A stretch of 46,809 nt of DNA from the NCBI GenBank assembly GCA_051881895.1, contig JBJEQT010000098.1, positions 1 to 46,809 on the forward strand, read 5' to 3'. The notes under the pieces are model-generated. The model saw only the letters and a list, made by a program, of their open reading frames with translations, did not search any database and was not told where the DNA came from. Positions 35,989-45,284 of this stretch are shown here, piece by piece (within the stretch, counting starts at the first letter, position 1; every line of letters starts with the position of its first letter). This DNA comes from Oscillospiraceae bacterium. GTDB lineage: Bacteria; Bacillota; Clostridia; Oscillospirales; Ruminococcaceae. The translations under genes and the position numbers were made by a program.

Positions 35989-38337
35989 CTATTTTTCTTC
36001 TGCTTTTACGTTCCATATCTCCTGTGCATATTCCCGAATGGTACGGTCGCTGGAAAAAATACCGGCATTGGCGGTATTCAAAAGGCATTTGCGGGTAAAC
36101 GCCGTCCGCTGCTGCGCATAGTCTCGGTTGGCCCGGCGCTTGGCGTCACAATAGGGCAAAAAATCCGCCAGCAGATAGTACTGATCCGGCTGATGCCAGG
36201 AGGCGCCGACAGTCAGGGAATCATACAGTTCCCGGAACATACCAGTACCGCCATCGGAAAAAGTGCCGTCGACCAGCGTTTCGACCACCCGGCGGATGCG
36301 GGCATTTTCCTGCAAAATCCGCTTCGGGTCGTAGTCTTTCATGGTCGACAGTTCTTCCACCGTCGCCCCGAAGATATAATTGTTTTCCTTTCCTGCCTGC
36401 TCCACGATTTCGATATTCGCGCCGTCCAGCGTTCCCAGCGTCACCGCACCATTGAGCATGAATTTCATATTGCCGGTGCCGGACGCTTCCGTTCCCGCAG
36501 TGGAGATCTGCTCGGACACATCCGCCGCGGGAATCAGCTTTTCCGCGTAGGAAACATTATAGTTCTGCACGAACAGCACCTGAAGCCGGTCTTTGGTGTC
36601 TGGGTCCCGGTTCACCCGTTTCGCGATTTCGTTGATATATTTGATAATTCCCTTGGCCCGATAATAGCCGGGGGCCGCTTTGGCGCCAAACAGGAATACC
36701 GTTGGGTGCCAATCGGTCAGGCTGCCGTCTTTCAGCGAAAAATAAATATCCAGAATGGAAAACGCATTTAAAAGCTGCCGCTTATATTCATGCAGGCGCT
36801 TGATCTGCACATCAAATAAAAAGTCCGGCTGCAGGCGCACCCCTTCTTTTTTCTCGATTTCTTCGCACAGCTGCCGCTTTTTCTCCTGTTTGATCGCAGC
36901 AAACCGCTTCAGGATATCCGCGTCAGACGCATATGCTTCCAGGCGTTTGAGCCGGATAAGGTCGGTCTGCCAGCCGTCGCCGCAAAGCTCAGTGACCAGC
37001 GCCGACAGTTCGGGATTGCACAAAGCCAGCCAGCGGCGCTGAGTAATGCCGTTGGTCTTATTTTGAAAGCGGTTGGGATACAGCCGGTACCATTCTTTGA
37101 GCGCGCTGTTTTTGAGAATTTCCGTATGGATTCTGGCCACGCCGTTGACCGTGTGTCCAGCAAAAATCGCCATGCGGGCCATATGGATGGTCTGCCCGTC
37201 GATGATTCGGTATTTTTCCCGCTCCCGGGGTGAAAGTCCTTTCGCCGACAATTCCCGCATCAGGGCGTTGTTTAAAAGCACTACATACGGATACACCTGG
37301 GGAATCACCGAACAGAACAAAGAGACATTCCACTTTTCCAGCGCTTCCGCCATAATGGTGTGGTTGGTATAGGAAAAGGTCTTTTGCACCACCGAAAACG
37401 CTTCGTCAAAAGAAAGAAGATGCTCCTCCATCAAAAGGCGCAGCAGTTCCGGAATGGCCACAGTGGGATGCGTGTCGTTGAGCTGTACGGCATAGCGCTC
37501 TGCGAAATGGGAAAAATCTTCCCCGTATTCGCCCACATACCGGGCTGCCAGCGTCTGCATGGTAGCGCTGGTGAAAAAGTACTGCTGCTTTAAGCGCAGA
37601 CGTTTTCCTTCGTCGGTGTCGTCGTTGGGATACAGCACGGCGCAGATATCCTCAGCCCGGTTTTTCTGTCTCACCGCCTCATCATATTTCTGGCGGTTGA
37701 ACAGGTCAAAATCAAACGATTCCACCGCTTCGGCCTGCCACAGCCGAAGGGTGTTGACCGTCCCGTCCCCATAACCGATGACCGGCATATCGTAAGGAAC
37801 CGCTTTTACCGTTTGATCGCCAAAGCAGACCCGAACAGCTTCCCCATCTTTTCGGATGCTCCACGGGTCGCCGAAGCGCAGCCAGTCGTCCGCCTCTTCT
37901 TTTTGGAATCCGTCCTCAAACCGCTGGCGAAACAGCCCATACCGATAGCGGATGCCAAAGCCATCCAGCGGGATGCGCAAAGCCGCGGCGGAATCCAGAA
38001 AGCAGGCGGCAAGCCAGCCCAACCCGCCGTTGCCCAAAGCGTCGTCCTCGATCTGCTCGAAAACGGAAGGGTCGATACCGTGGTCCGTTAAAAAAGTATT
38101 GCACCGGTCCAAAAGGCCCAGGTTCAGCAGATTGCTGTAGACAAGCCGCCCGAGCAAAAACTCCGCCGAAAGATAGCAGGCCCTTTTTTGCTCCTTTTTT
38201 TCTCTCCAGCGGGGAAACACCTGCGACATGGCAGCCTTGGAAACCGCATGATAAAGCTGCACCGCGCTGGCTTTTTGGGGAGAAGTGTTGTCTTCCAATT
38301 CCAAAATCGCCTGTACTTTCTTTTCAAAATCCTGCAA
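35989..38337 (-). CDS. glgP: Glycogen/maltodextrin phosphorylase (GT35)
   Basis: About 780 aa with the PLP-site motif TEASGTGNMKFMLNGA. I prefer TTG 38337, 7 nt after GAGGAGGA and just past the malQ stop. The track start at 38373 is also a TTG and overlaps malQ. Confidence 0.9.
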   Translation of the reverse strand: MQDFEKKVQAILELEDNTSPQKASAVQLYHAVSKAAMSQVFPRWREKKEQKRACYLSAEFLLGRLVYSNLLNLGLLDRCNTFLTDHGIDPSVFEQIEDDALGNGGLGWLAACFLDSAAALRIPLDGFGIRYRYGLFRQRFEDGFQKEEADDWLRFGDPWSIRKDGEAVRVCFGDQTVKAVPYDMPVIGYGDGTVNTLRLWQAEAVESFDFDLFNRQKYDEAVRQKNRAEDICAVLYPNDDTDEGKRLRLKQQYFFTSATMQTLAARYVGEYGEDFSHFAERYAVQLNDTHPTVAIPELLRLLMEEHLLSFDEAFSVVQKTFSYTNHTIMAEALEKWNVSLFCSVIPQVYPYVVLLNNALMRELSAKGLSPREREKYRIIDGQTIHMARMAIFAGHTVNGVARIHTEILKNSALKEWYRLYPNRFQNKTNGITQRRWLALCNPELSALVTELCGDGWQTDLIRLKRLEAYASDADILKRFAAIKQEKKRQLCEEIEKKEGVRLQPDFLFDVQIKRLHEYKRQLLNAFSILDIYFSLKDGSLTDWHPTVFLFGAKAAPGYYRAKGIIKYINEIAKRVNRDPDTKDRLQVLFVQNYNVSYAEKLIPAADVSEQISTAGTEASGTGNMKFMLNGAVTLGTLDGANIEIVEQAGKENNYIFGATVEELSTMKDYDPKRILQENARIRRVVETLVDGTFSDGGTGMFRELYDSLTVGASWHQPDQYYLLADFLPYCDAKRRANRDYAQQRTAFTRKCLLNTANAGIFSSDRTIREYAQEIWNVKAEEK

Positions 38338-38353
38338 ACAGGATTCCTCCTCT

Positions 38354-39850
38354 CTATCTGCCGTAAAGTTCAACCAAATCCCGGATTTTCGCGGCCAAGC
38401 CGTCGCTCAACTGCCCTTTGACCAGCCTCCAGCACCAATTCCCTCCCAATGTGGAGGGGGTGTTGATCCGCGCCCGGTTGTCCAGCCCCATCAAATCCTG
38501 CAGCTGGAACACCGCCGTATCCGCACAGCTGGCATAACCCGCCCGGATCAGCGCCCAGGGGATCTGCACATTCTGGGATACGTTCAAATACCGGCGGGCA
38601 AACCGCAGCATCCGGCGGCTCTGTCCCGGTGCGAAAAAGCCGGCCAGCGTTTCATTGTCGTGGGTACCGCCGTAGATGACCATATTCTTTTCAAAATGGC
38701 AGGGCAGATTTTCGTTTTTGCTGTCGCTGTCAAAGGCAAATTCCATCAGCTTCATGCCCGGATATCCGCTTTTTCGAAGCAGCTGCCGCACCGCCGGGGT
38801 CACCACGCCCAGATCCTCCGCGATGATTTTTTTATTGCCCAGCGCCGGGCCGATGGCGTTCAAAAGCTTTTCGCCGGGGCCGGGCATCCAGCGGCCGTTC
38901 ATGGCCGTGTCCTCGCCCGCCGGGATCGCGTAATAATTGACCACACCGATAAAATGGTCGATACGGATCAGGTCGTACAGCGCCGCGCAGGAAGCCATCC
39001 TCGCTTTCCACCAGGAAAATCCGTCTTTCTCCATAGCCTGCCAATCATACAGCGGGTTGCCCCAAAGCTGCCCAGTGGCGGAAAACAGATCCGGGGGCAC
39101 GCCTGCCACCGCAGTGGGCCGGCGGCTTTCATCCAGCTGGAAAAGCGAGCCGTGTACCCACACGTCGGCGCTGTCCATCGCCACATAGATGGGGATATCG
39201 CCGATAATTCCAATCCCTTTTTGGTTGGCATATTGTTTCAGCCTCTCCCATTGGGAAAAGAACAGGTACTGGACGTACCGCCAAAAAGAGGTCTCTTCCC
39301 GAAGGCGCTCTTTCCAGCCGGCCAATGCCGCGGGCCGGCGCAAACGGATTTCTTCCGGCCACGCCTGCCATTCCCGGCCGCCAAAAGCGTCTTTGAGCGC
39401 CATGAACAAGGCATAATCCTCCAGCCAGTCTTTCTGTTGTTCGCAGAAAGAAAGAAAGGCCGCATCCTGCTCCCATCCACTGCGGGACCAGGCTTTTTTC
39501 AAAACCGAAAAACGGCTGCCGTACAATTTGGCATAATCCACCCAATCTGGGCGCAGTCCCCAGTCCGGCTCAGCCGCTTCCTCTTCCAAAAGCAGCCCTT
39601 GTTCGATCAGCATTTGCAGATCAATGTAATAAGGATTTCCCGCAAAGGCGGAAAAGCTTTGATAGGGGCTGTCTCCATAGCTGGTCGGGCCAAGGGGCAG
39701 GACCTGCCAATAGCGCTGGCCCGCCGCAGCTAAAAAATCTACAAAACGGTAAGCGTCCTGCCCAAATGTACCGATCCCGTAATCCGACGGCAGGCAGGAC
39801 ACCGGCAGCAGCACACCGGCACCTCGGCCCAATGGCTTTTGCTTTTTCAC
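38354..39850 (-). CDS. malQ: 4-alpha-glucanotransferase (amylomaltase, GH77)
   Basis: GAGVLLPVSCLPSDYGIGTFG N-terminus, then GIIGDIPIYV, LIRIDHFIG and IAEDLG catalytic motifs. GTG 39850 gives a typical 499-aa protein. The track ORF runs on to 40294 inside the permease gene. ATG 39991 is a less likely alternative. Confidence 0.9.
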   Translation of the reverse strand: MKKQKPLGRGAGVLLPVSCLPSDYGIGTFGQDAYRFVDFLAAAGQRYWQVLPLGPTSYGDSPYQSFSAFAGNPYYIDLQMLIEQGLLLEEEAAEPDWGLRPDWVDYAKLYGSRFSVLKKAWSRSGWEQDAAFLSFCEQQKDWLEDYALFMALKDAFGGREWQAWPEEIRLRRPAALAGWKERLREETSFWRYVQYLFFSQWERLKQYANQKGIGIIGDIPIYVAMDSADVWVHGSLFQLDESRRPTAVAGVPPDLFSATGQLWGNPLYDWQAMEKDGFSWWKARMASCAALYDLIRIDHFIGVVNYYAIPAGEDTAMNGRWMPGPGEKLLNAIGPALGNKKIIAEDLGVVTPAVRQLLRKSGYPGMKLMEFAFDSDSKNENLPCHFEKNMVIYGGTHDNETLAGFFAPGQSRRMLRFARRYLNVSQNVQIPWALIRAGYASCADTAVFQLQDLMGLDNRARINTPSTLGGNWCWRLVKGQLSDGLAAKIRDLVELYGR

Positions 39851-39990
39851 GATTCCAACACCCTTCCTTCCCAAATCCAAACGTTTTGTCAAGTTTTCGC
39901 CGCAGTCTTTTCTGCCATTATCATACTCCTTGTAAGACCCGCCGTCAAACCAAATCCATGCCGGCGTTTTCCCGCTGCGCGGGCAATCCA

Positions 39991-40830
39991 TCACCCTTTG
40001 ACCGCACCGGCCATCACGCCCCGGATAATATACTTCTGGCAGGCCAGATAGAAAACAACGATGGGAATAATCGCTAAAACCAGCGTTGCCATCAAAGCGC
40101 CCATATCCCGGGACCCATACCCTCCCTGCAGATACTGTACCGCGATGGGTATGGTCCGATAACGGCTGCCGATCACCAGATAAGGCAGCAGATAATCGTT
40201 CCAGATCCACATGGCGTTGAGGATCGCCACTGTGATAGCAGTGGGCTTTAACATGGGAAAGACGACGAAAAAGAAAATCTGCAAAGGATGACATCCATCG
40301 ATCATGGCCGCTTCCTCCACATCCCGGGGGATGGACTTGATAAAACCGCTATACAAAAATACCGACAACCCGGAACCAAAACCCAGATACAGCAAAACGA
40401 TCCCCACCGGATTGTCCAGATGCAGAAGATTGGCCATCTTCGACATGGTGAACATCACCATCTGAAATGGGACAATCATGCTGAAAACGAACAGATAGTA
40501 GAATCCGTTTGCCGTGCGCGTCCCAACGCGGACCAGATACCATGCGGTCATGGCGGTAAACAACACGATCGCCGCCACCGAAAAAACGGTAATAAACACA
40601 GAATAGCCAAAGGCGGAGAAAAAATCTACCTTCTGGATCCCGTTCCAGTAATTGCGAAGGCCCACGAACGTCTGGGAATCCGGCAGCGCAAAGGGCGCGT
40701 CGGAAATATAGAACTGTCCCTTAAAAGAATTCATCAGCACCAAAAAAATCGGCGCCAGAAAAAGGATGGCCAGCACCGTTAAAAAAGCGGGAAGAAAAAT
40801 GCTTTGCCAGCGCTTGGATTGGTTGTTCAC
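39991..40830 (-). CDS. Carbohydrate ABC transporter permease (MalG-like)
   Basis: 279 aa, 6 predicted TM helices, EAA loop EAAMIDGCHPLQIFFFVVFPMLKP. The start overlaps the upstream permease stop. Confidence 0.9.
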   Translation of the reverse strand: MNNQSKRWQSIFLPAFLTVLAILFLAPIFLVLMNSFKGQFYISDAPFALPDSQTFVGLRNYWNGIQKVDFFSAFGYSVFITVFSVAAIVLFTAMTAWYLVRVGTRTANGFYYLFVFSMIVPFQMVMFTMSKMANLLHLDNPVGIVLLYLGFGSGLSVFLYSGFIKSIPRDVEEAAMIDGCHPLQIFFFVVFPMLKPTAITVAILNAMWIWNDYLLPYLVIGSRYRTIPIAVQYLQGGYGSRDMGALMATLVLAIIPIVVFYLACQKYIIRGVMAGAVKG

Positions 40831-41672
40831 TGTTCCACCTCCCTGCTTCTGGTCGCCCGAAGCTGCAGCGCTGCGATTGCCGCTACCATCAGGAAAAACA
40901 AAACCGCTTTGGCTTGTCCGACCCCTTCATCCCCGATCCGGCCATAAAAGGTGTTGTAGATATCCAGCGCCAGCATCGCCGTTTTTTTCATGGGCGCGCC
41001 GGCGGTCAGGGCAAAGTTCTGGTCGAACAGCTTAAAGGAATTGGTCAGCGTCAGAAAAGTGCAGATGGTGATGGAAGGCATCACCATCGGGATGGTCACC
41101 CGGCGCAGCTTCTGCCAGGGAGAAGCGCCGTCTATTTCGGCCGCTTCCAATACGTCGCCGGGCAGATTCTGCAGGCCCGCGATGTAAATGATCATCATAT
41201 AGCCGATCATCTGCCAGTTCATCAGTACCACCAGGCCCCAGAAACCGTATTTAGGATCGTATGTGATATCCACGCCGGCGCGAAGCAGCAGCCCATTGAT
41301 GATCAGCTGCCAGATATATCCCAGCACAATGCCTCCGATGAGGTTTGGCATAAAAAACACCGTCCGGAACAGGTTGGTCCCCCGGAACCCTCTGGTCAAA
41401 AGCAGCGCCAGCCCAAAGGCCAGCAGGTTGACCGAGCATACCGATACCACGGTGAACGCCGCTGTGATCCCCAGCGCGTGCAGAAAGTCGTTATTATCGG
41501 TAAAAGCGCGGATATAGTTTTCCAGCCCCACCCATTGGGTATTGGTAACGGTGGTAAATCTGGTAAAAGACAGATAAAGGCCAAACAGAAACGGAAGCAG
41601 AAAAGCGATGACAAATGCCGTCAGCGTTGGCAGCACAAAAACCGCAAAATATTTTCGTAAGCTTTTTTGCAT
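40827..41672 (-). CDS. Carbohydrate ABC transporter permease (MalF-like)
   Basis: 281 aa, 6 predicted TM helices, EAA loop EAAEIDGASPWQKLRRVTIPMVMP. RBS AGGAG lies 7 nt before the ATG. Confidence 0.9.
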   Translation of the reverse strand: MQKSLRKYFAVFVLPTLTAFVIAFLLPFLFGLYLSFTRFTTVTNTQWVGLENYIRAFTDNNDFLHALGITAAFTVVSVCSVNLLAFGLALLLTRGFRGTNLFRTVFFMPNLIGGIVLGYIWQLIINGLLLRAGVDITYDPKYGFWGLVVLMNWQMIGYMMIIYIAGLQNLPGDVLEAAEIDGASPWQKLRRVTIPMVMPSITICTFLTLTNSFKLFDQNFALTAGAPMKKTAMLALDIYNTFYGRIGDEGVGQAKAVLFFLMVAAIAALQLRATRSREVEQ

Positions 41673-41773
41673 AGATACGCTCCTGACAAATTGAAATCAT
41701 ATGGACCCACCCCTCTTTGGGAGGGGCGAAAATCAGCAGGCACGGTTTTTCCAAAGCCGTTTGTCCCGCTGCC

Positions 41774-41812
41774 TTTGTCCGGTCCGGCAAAAGCCTTTTC
41801 GGGCCGGACAAA
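41774..41812 (-). other. Intra-operon GC-rich hairpin between the binding-protein and permease genes
   Basis: 9-bp stem TTTGTCCGG / CCGGACAAA (41774..41782 and 41804..41812) directly after the binding-protein stop. No T-run follows. It is possibly an mRNA-stabilising or partial attenuation element. Confidence 0.35.
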
Positions 41813-41817
41813 TAGGA

Positions 41818-43170
41818 TCACCGGCTGGCGCTTTGCACTTTCCAATCATCCACCGTCCGCGCAACGACCTCGTCCCAGCTCATATTGCCCTGCGCATACT
41901 GCAGCAGCGCACCGCCGAAATGGTCTTTAAACGTCTGGCCGGGGAATAAGGTGAAATTCCACCCGATATTCTGTACGCCTTCTTTGTTCATCCAGGCGGC
42001 CACTTCGCCTGCCAGCGGATCGTTGGGATGCTCGTCGGCAGAAAACGTATCAAACGGGGCGATGAAGCCCAGTTCCTCCGTTACCAATTTCTTGCCCGTT
42101 TCGGAAGAAAAAAGCCAGTAAATAAAGTCCGCCGCCCGTTTCTGGTCGTCCTCACTCGCCTTGGCGTTGATGCAGAAAAAATTTTCGGTGCCGATGCACA
42201 GCCCCTGGGTTTCTTCCGCCTCCATGCCGGTGTAGATGGGCAGGAAATGGATATCCTCTTCCTTCACCGTGTTGCCCTCTATTCCCTTGATGTCATTCCA
42301 GGCCCAGTTGCCGTTTTGTACCATGGCGCATTTTCCCAAAGCAAATTCCGCCATGGAATCCATTACCTGCTTGGAACCGAGCAGTTTGGGATCCACCGTT
42401 GAATGATTCAGATACAGATCGAAGATATTTTTAAAATTCTCGTTGTAGGAAAAGGCGATCTCCCGGGTCTCTTCACTTGTCAGATCCACCCCGCCCTGCA
42501 TCCACTCATAGGAAATGGGGATATTGGCCAGATGGGTCTGCCAGCGCCAATCCTCACCCGGCTTTAAAGAGGTGCATGCAAACACACCGTCAATCCCCAG
42601 CTGCTCCTTTTTGGCGGTCATATCCTCCACCACCTCCCGCAGCTTGGAGAAGCTGTTGATCTGCTCAGCCGAGGAAACCTTGGCCCCATCGGTGGCGAAA
42701 TATTTTTGCAAAATGGCGCCGTTATAGAGGATGCCGTACCCCTCCACCACATAGGGAATGCCATAAACCTTTCCGCCGCTGGTCACCGCCAGACTTTTGT
42801 CGTTCAGATGGCGGTACAATTCGGTATCACTCAAATCGGCGCAGTAGTCTTTCCAGTTCAGATACCCCAAAGGCCCGTTGATCTGGAAAAGAGTCGGCGC
42901 GTCGGACTTGGCCATCTCTGATTTGAGCGTCTGCTCATAGGTCCCCGAGGCGGCTGTGACCACCCGCAGTTCGACGCCGGTTTCCCTTTGGTAGACTTCG
43001 GCAATCTTTTGATAAACTTCCGCCACCTCCGGTTTAAAATTCAAATAATAAATGGCGCCGTTCTTTTGAACCGCCGCCGTGCTGCTGCCGGACGAACCGG
43101 TATTCCCGCTGCATCCGCCCAGTGCCAAAACAAGGCAAAAGGCCAGCGTAAACGCTGCCAGCTTTTTCAT
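41818..43170 (-). CDS. Extracellular solute-binding lipoprotein (family 1) of the sugar/maltodextrin ABC transporter
   Basis: Lipobox MKKLAAFTLAFCLVLALGGCSG. About 450 aa, SBP_bac_1-like. ATG 43170 lies 6 nt after GGAGGA. No ATPase gene is present in the cluster. Confidence 0.9.
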   Translation of the reverse strand: MKKLAAFTLAFCLVLALGGCSGNTGSSGSSTAAVQKNGAIYYLNFKPEVAEVYQKIAEVYQRETGVELRVVTAASGTYEQTLKSEMAKSDAPTLFQINGPLGYLNWKDYCADLSDTELYRHLNDKSLAVTSGGKVYGIPYVVEGYGILYNGAILQKYFATDGAKVSSAEQINSFSKLREVVEDMTAKKEQLGIDGVFACTSLKPGEDWRWQTHLANIPISYEWMQGGVDLTSEETREIAFSYNENFKNIFDLYLNHSTVDPKLLGSKQVMDSMAEFALGKCAMVQNGNWAWNDIKGIEGNTVKEEDIHFLPIYTGMEAEETQGLCIGTENFFCINAKASEDDQKRAADFIYWLFSSETGKKLVTEELGFIAPFDTFSADEHPNDPLAGEVAAWMNKEGVQNIGWNFTLFPGQTFKDHFGGALLQYAQGNMSWDEVVARTVDDWKVQSASR

Positions 43171-43352
43171 AATCGTTCCTCCTCTTTTCACATTTTGCGC
43201 GGCATTTTTGCCGCAGACCTCCGTTTTGTCTTGACTCCACCGTCAGGTCCGTCGGTCCAGGTCCTTTCGGGCGCTGCGATGGTTTCGAAAAATAGTATAT
43301 GTGCCCTGCCATCGTTTATCCTCCCGGGCAGAACTCTTTTACAAAATTCGTT

Positions 43353-43379
43353 TTGCCGCGCAAAAAATTTTGTTATAAT
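43353..43379 (+). promoter_or_regulatory. Possible extended -10 promoter for the 149-aa membrane protein gene
   Basis: TGtTATAAT (43371..43379) with a weak -35 TTGCCG. It lies about 70 nt upstream of ATG 43449. Confidence 0.4.
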
Positions 43380-43448
43380 ATGGCTGAAAGAAAAATTCCA
43401 TTTTCTGCACCGGATTTGCCCATTGCAGAAAATCCAAGGAGGAGCGCC

Positions 43449-43898
43449 ATGTCTGTAAAACCAATTTCCGATTCCCTACCGGTATCCTGTGAAGGGGAAG
43501 AAATCGTCCTGTTAAAACAAGTTGCCCAAAACACCGAAATCGCCGCCCAATCTGCGCAAAAGCAGCTGCTGTTTTCAAAAATCCGACTTGGGCTCACAGG
43601 ATTTTTAACCGCGCTGGTGCTTTTCGCTTTTCTGTTGGGCGGGCCAAAGCTATACCGTTCTTTACAGAATGCCGACCGGACATTCAGCAGTCTGGAAACG
43701 GTTTCCTCGCAGCTGGTGCAGGCGGATATTCCCGCTCTGCTCGCCGATGTGGATCAGTTGGCTGTCAAGGGCGAGGAAAGCCTGGAAGCAATCCAAAAAG
43801 CATCGGAAGTTCTGGAGAAAATCGATATGGACCGGCTCAACCAGGCAATCGCCGATTTGCAGAAAGCCGTATCTCCTCTTGCCAAGTTGTTTGGTTAA
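43449..43898 (+). CDS. Hypothetical membrane-anchored coiled-coil protein
   Basis: AAGGAGGAG lies 4 nt before ATG 43449 (MSVKPISDSL...). There is one TM helix (LGLTGFLTALVLFAFLLGG) and a helical, Leu/Glu/Gln-rich C-terminal half. Family is uncertain (DUF948-like at best). The track start at 43299 is a spurious extension. Confidence 0.6.
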   Translation: MSVKPISDSLPVSCEGEEIVLLKQVAQNTEIAAQSAQKQLLFSKIRLGLTGFLTALVLFAFLLGGPKLYRSLQNADRTFSSLETVSSQLVQADIPALLADVDQLAVKGEESLEAIQKASEVLEKIDMDRLNQAIADLQKAVSPLAKLFG

Positions 43899-44010
43899 AA
43901 AAGGCATGCTTCTTCTTCAGACTTGCTTTTGAAAACACAGAAAAATTTTCCACCGTTTTGTTCTGTTTTGTCTTATTTTCCCCCTGTTTTTCACAAAGCC
44001 GTCCCCCTAT

Positions 44011-44051
44011 TTCGACAAATTTCGCCTGCTTACTCGTACAAAATTGTCGAA
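44011..44051. promoter_or_regulatory. Pair of inverted perfect Spo0A-box heptamers (TGTCGAA) upstream of the Spo0A-like gene
   Basis: TTCGACA at 44011..44017 (TGTCGAA on the minus strand) and TGTCGAA at 44045..44051. A near-match CATCGAA is at 44065..44071. They lie 175-235 nt upstream of ATG 44245. Confidence 0.45.
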
Positions 44052-44244
44052 ACGCGTCGTTCCGCATCGAAAAGGCCCGGTATCGGAACCGTTCAAGCCC
44101 TCTTACGGGACGCCTTTCCCCTGAAATATCGTTTGCGGTTTTGCTTGCTTTTTTATCTTTCGCCATATAAGATAGGACGTGGCAAAAAAAGAAGAAGGAA
44201 GCGGGATTGGCATTCATGCTATTTACATTTTTGGAGGTAGTATA

Positions 44245-45024
44245 ATGCCGCAAGCAAAAAAGGTCATTCTTTCAGACAACGATCAAATATTTTTGGACTC
44301 CTGCCAGAATGCGTTTCGTCTGCTCGGGATACAAACCATCACCTTGCCGAAACACGGGCGCATTCTTTGGGACGCCATCGAAAAAGAGCGTCCTGATCTT
44401 GTGATCTGCAATATCTTCATGGCGTATTGTGACGCTGTCCACATCATGGAGCATCTGGACCGGAGCGAAACGCCTGCACCGGACTTTATCGCCCTGTGCT
44501 CTTCGGACAACGAGTGTTTGTTCGACCGATTTTTATCCGCCGGCGGAGCTTATGTGTTCATTAAGCCCCTGGATGTGATGGTTCTGGCGGAACGCGTTTG
44601 CCGCCATCTGGAGCTGTCCGAGCGGGAAGGCCATATATGCCGGGTCGATTTTGCAAATCCGGCCTCCCGCGCCTCATTGGACGCGGTCAGGCTGTTAAAG
44701 GAAATCGGGATACCCGCTCATCTGGCCGGCTATCATTACATCAAAATCGGCCTGGAATTACTGCAGGAAGATCCCATGCGCTTTTCTTACGGCGCCAAGG
44801 GCTTATACCAGGCCATTGCGCAAAGAACGCACAGCAGCTACCAGCGGGTGGAGCGCAACATCCGAACAGCGGTGGAGACGGCGTTTAACCGTGGAGATTT
44901 TGCTTTTTATGAAAAATTCTTCGGCGCTTCCATCAGCCGGAAAACTGGAAAGCCCAGCAACTCTCAGTTTTTCGCTACGCTGCACGAATATCTCACCTCG
45001 CCCGAAAAAGTCTCCATTGGCTAG
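44245..45024 (+). CDS. Spo0A-like transcription factor with degenerate (Asn56) receiver domain
   Basis: GGAGGT lies 6 nt before ATG 44245. The C-terminal half matches the Spo0A DNA-binding domain (EIGIPAHLAGYHYIKIGLELL..., SSYQRVERNIRTAVETAF, GKPSNSQFFATLHEYL). The N-terminal half is CheY-like, but the acceptor-site sequence is PDLVICNIFM, with AAT at 44410..44412. Confidence 0.85.
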   Translation: MPQAKKVILSDNDQIFLDSCQNAFRLLGIQTITLPKHGRILWDAIEKERPDLVICNIFMAYCDAVHIMEHLDRSETPAPDFIALCSSDNECLFDRFLSAGGAYVFIKPLDVMVLAERVCRHLELSEREGHICRVDFANPASRASLDAVRLLKEIGIPAHLAGYHYIKIGLELLQEDPMRFSYGAKGLYQAIAQRTHSSYQRVERNIRTAVETAFNRGDFAFYEKFFGASISRKTGKPSNSQFFATLHEYLTSPEKVSIG

Positions 45025-45211
45025 TATTTTGCCGGGTGTCTTTGCTTTTTCCCAGCGGCCATTCATAATTTTTTCATAAAACCCGCCAGATTCGTTTTAT
45101 TTTTCCTCATGAACTATCCATATCCTTCTGTTATACTTCTGATTGTTCCAAGAAATCAGACGGTCGGCAGCACATCCGCCTGTTTCAGCATTTTCATTGA
45201 CCTCCTCTTTT

Positions 45212-45238
45212 AAAAAACGCGGCGATCCCGCGTTTTTT
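45212..45238. terminator. Bidirectional hairpin terminator in the spo0A-like/xpt convergent gap
   Basis: ACGCGG / CCGCGT stem (45217..45222 and 45228..45233) with a 5-nt loop, flanked by AAAAAA and TTTTTT. Confidence 0.55.
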
Positions 45239-45284
45239 ATTTTGCCGGTTTCGCCAAACCGTGTAGAAAAGATTGTTCCAAAAA

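Noticed and set aside
39851-40294. N-terminal 148-aa extension of the malQ ORF (track ORF 38354..40294).
   Set aside because: The extension runs inside the MalG-like permease gene in another frame and has no homology to GH77 N-termini. GTG 39850 with an upstream purine-rich RBS gives the canonical length.
43837-44253. 138-aa minus-strand ORF spanning the gap between the coiled-coil protein gene and the Spo0A-like gene.
   Set aside because: It overlaps the ends of both plus-strand genes, has no RBS, and crosses the AT-rich promoter/0A-box region. Its sequence is low-complexity.
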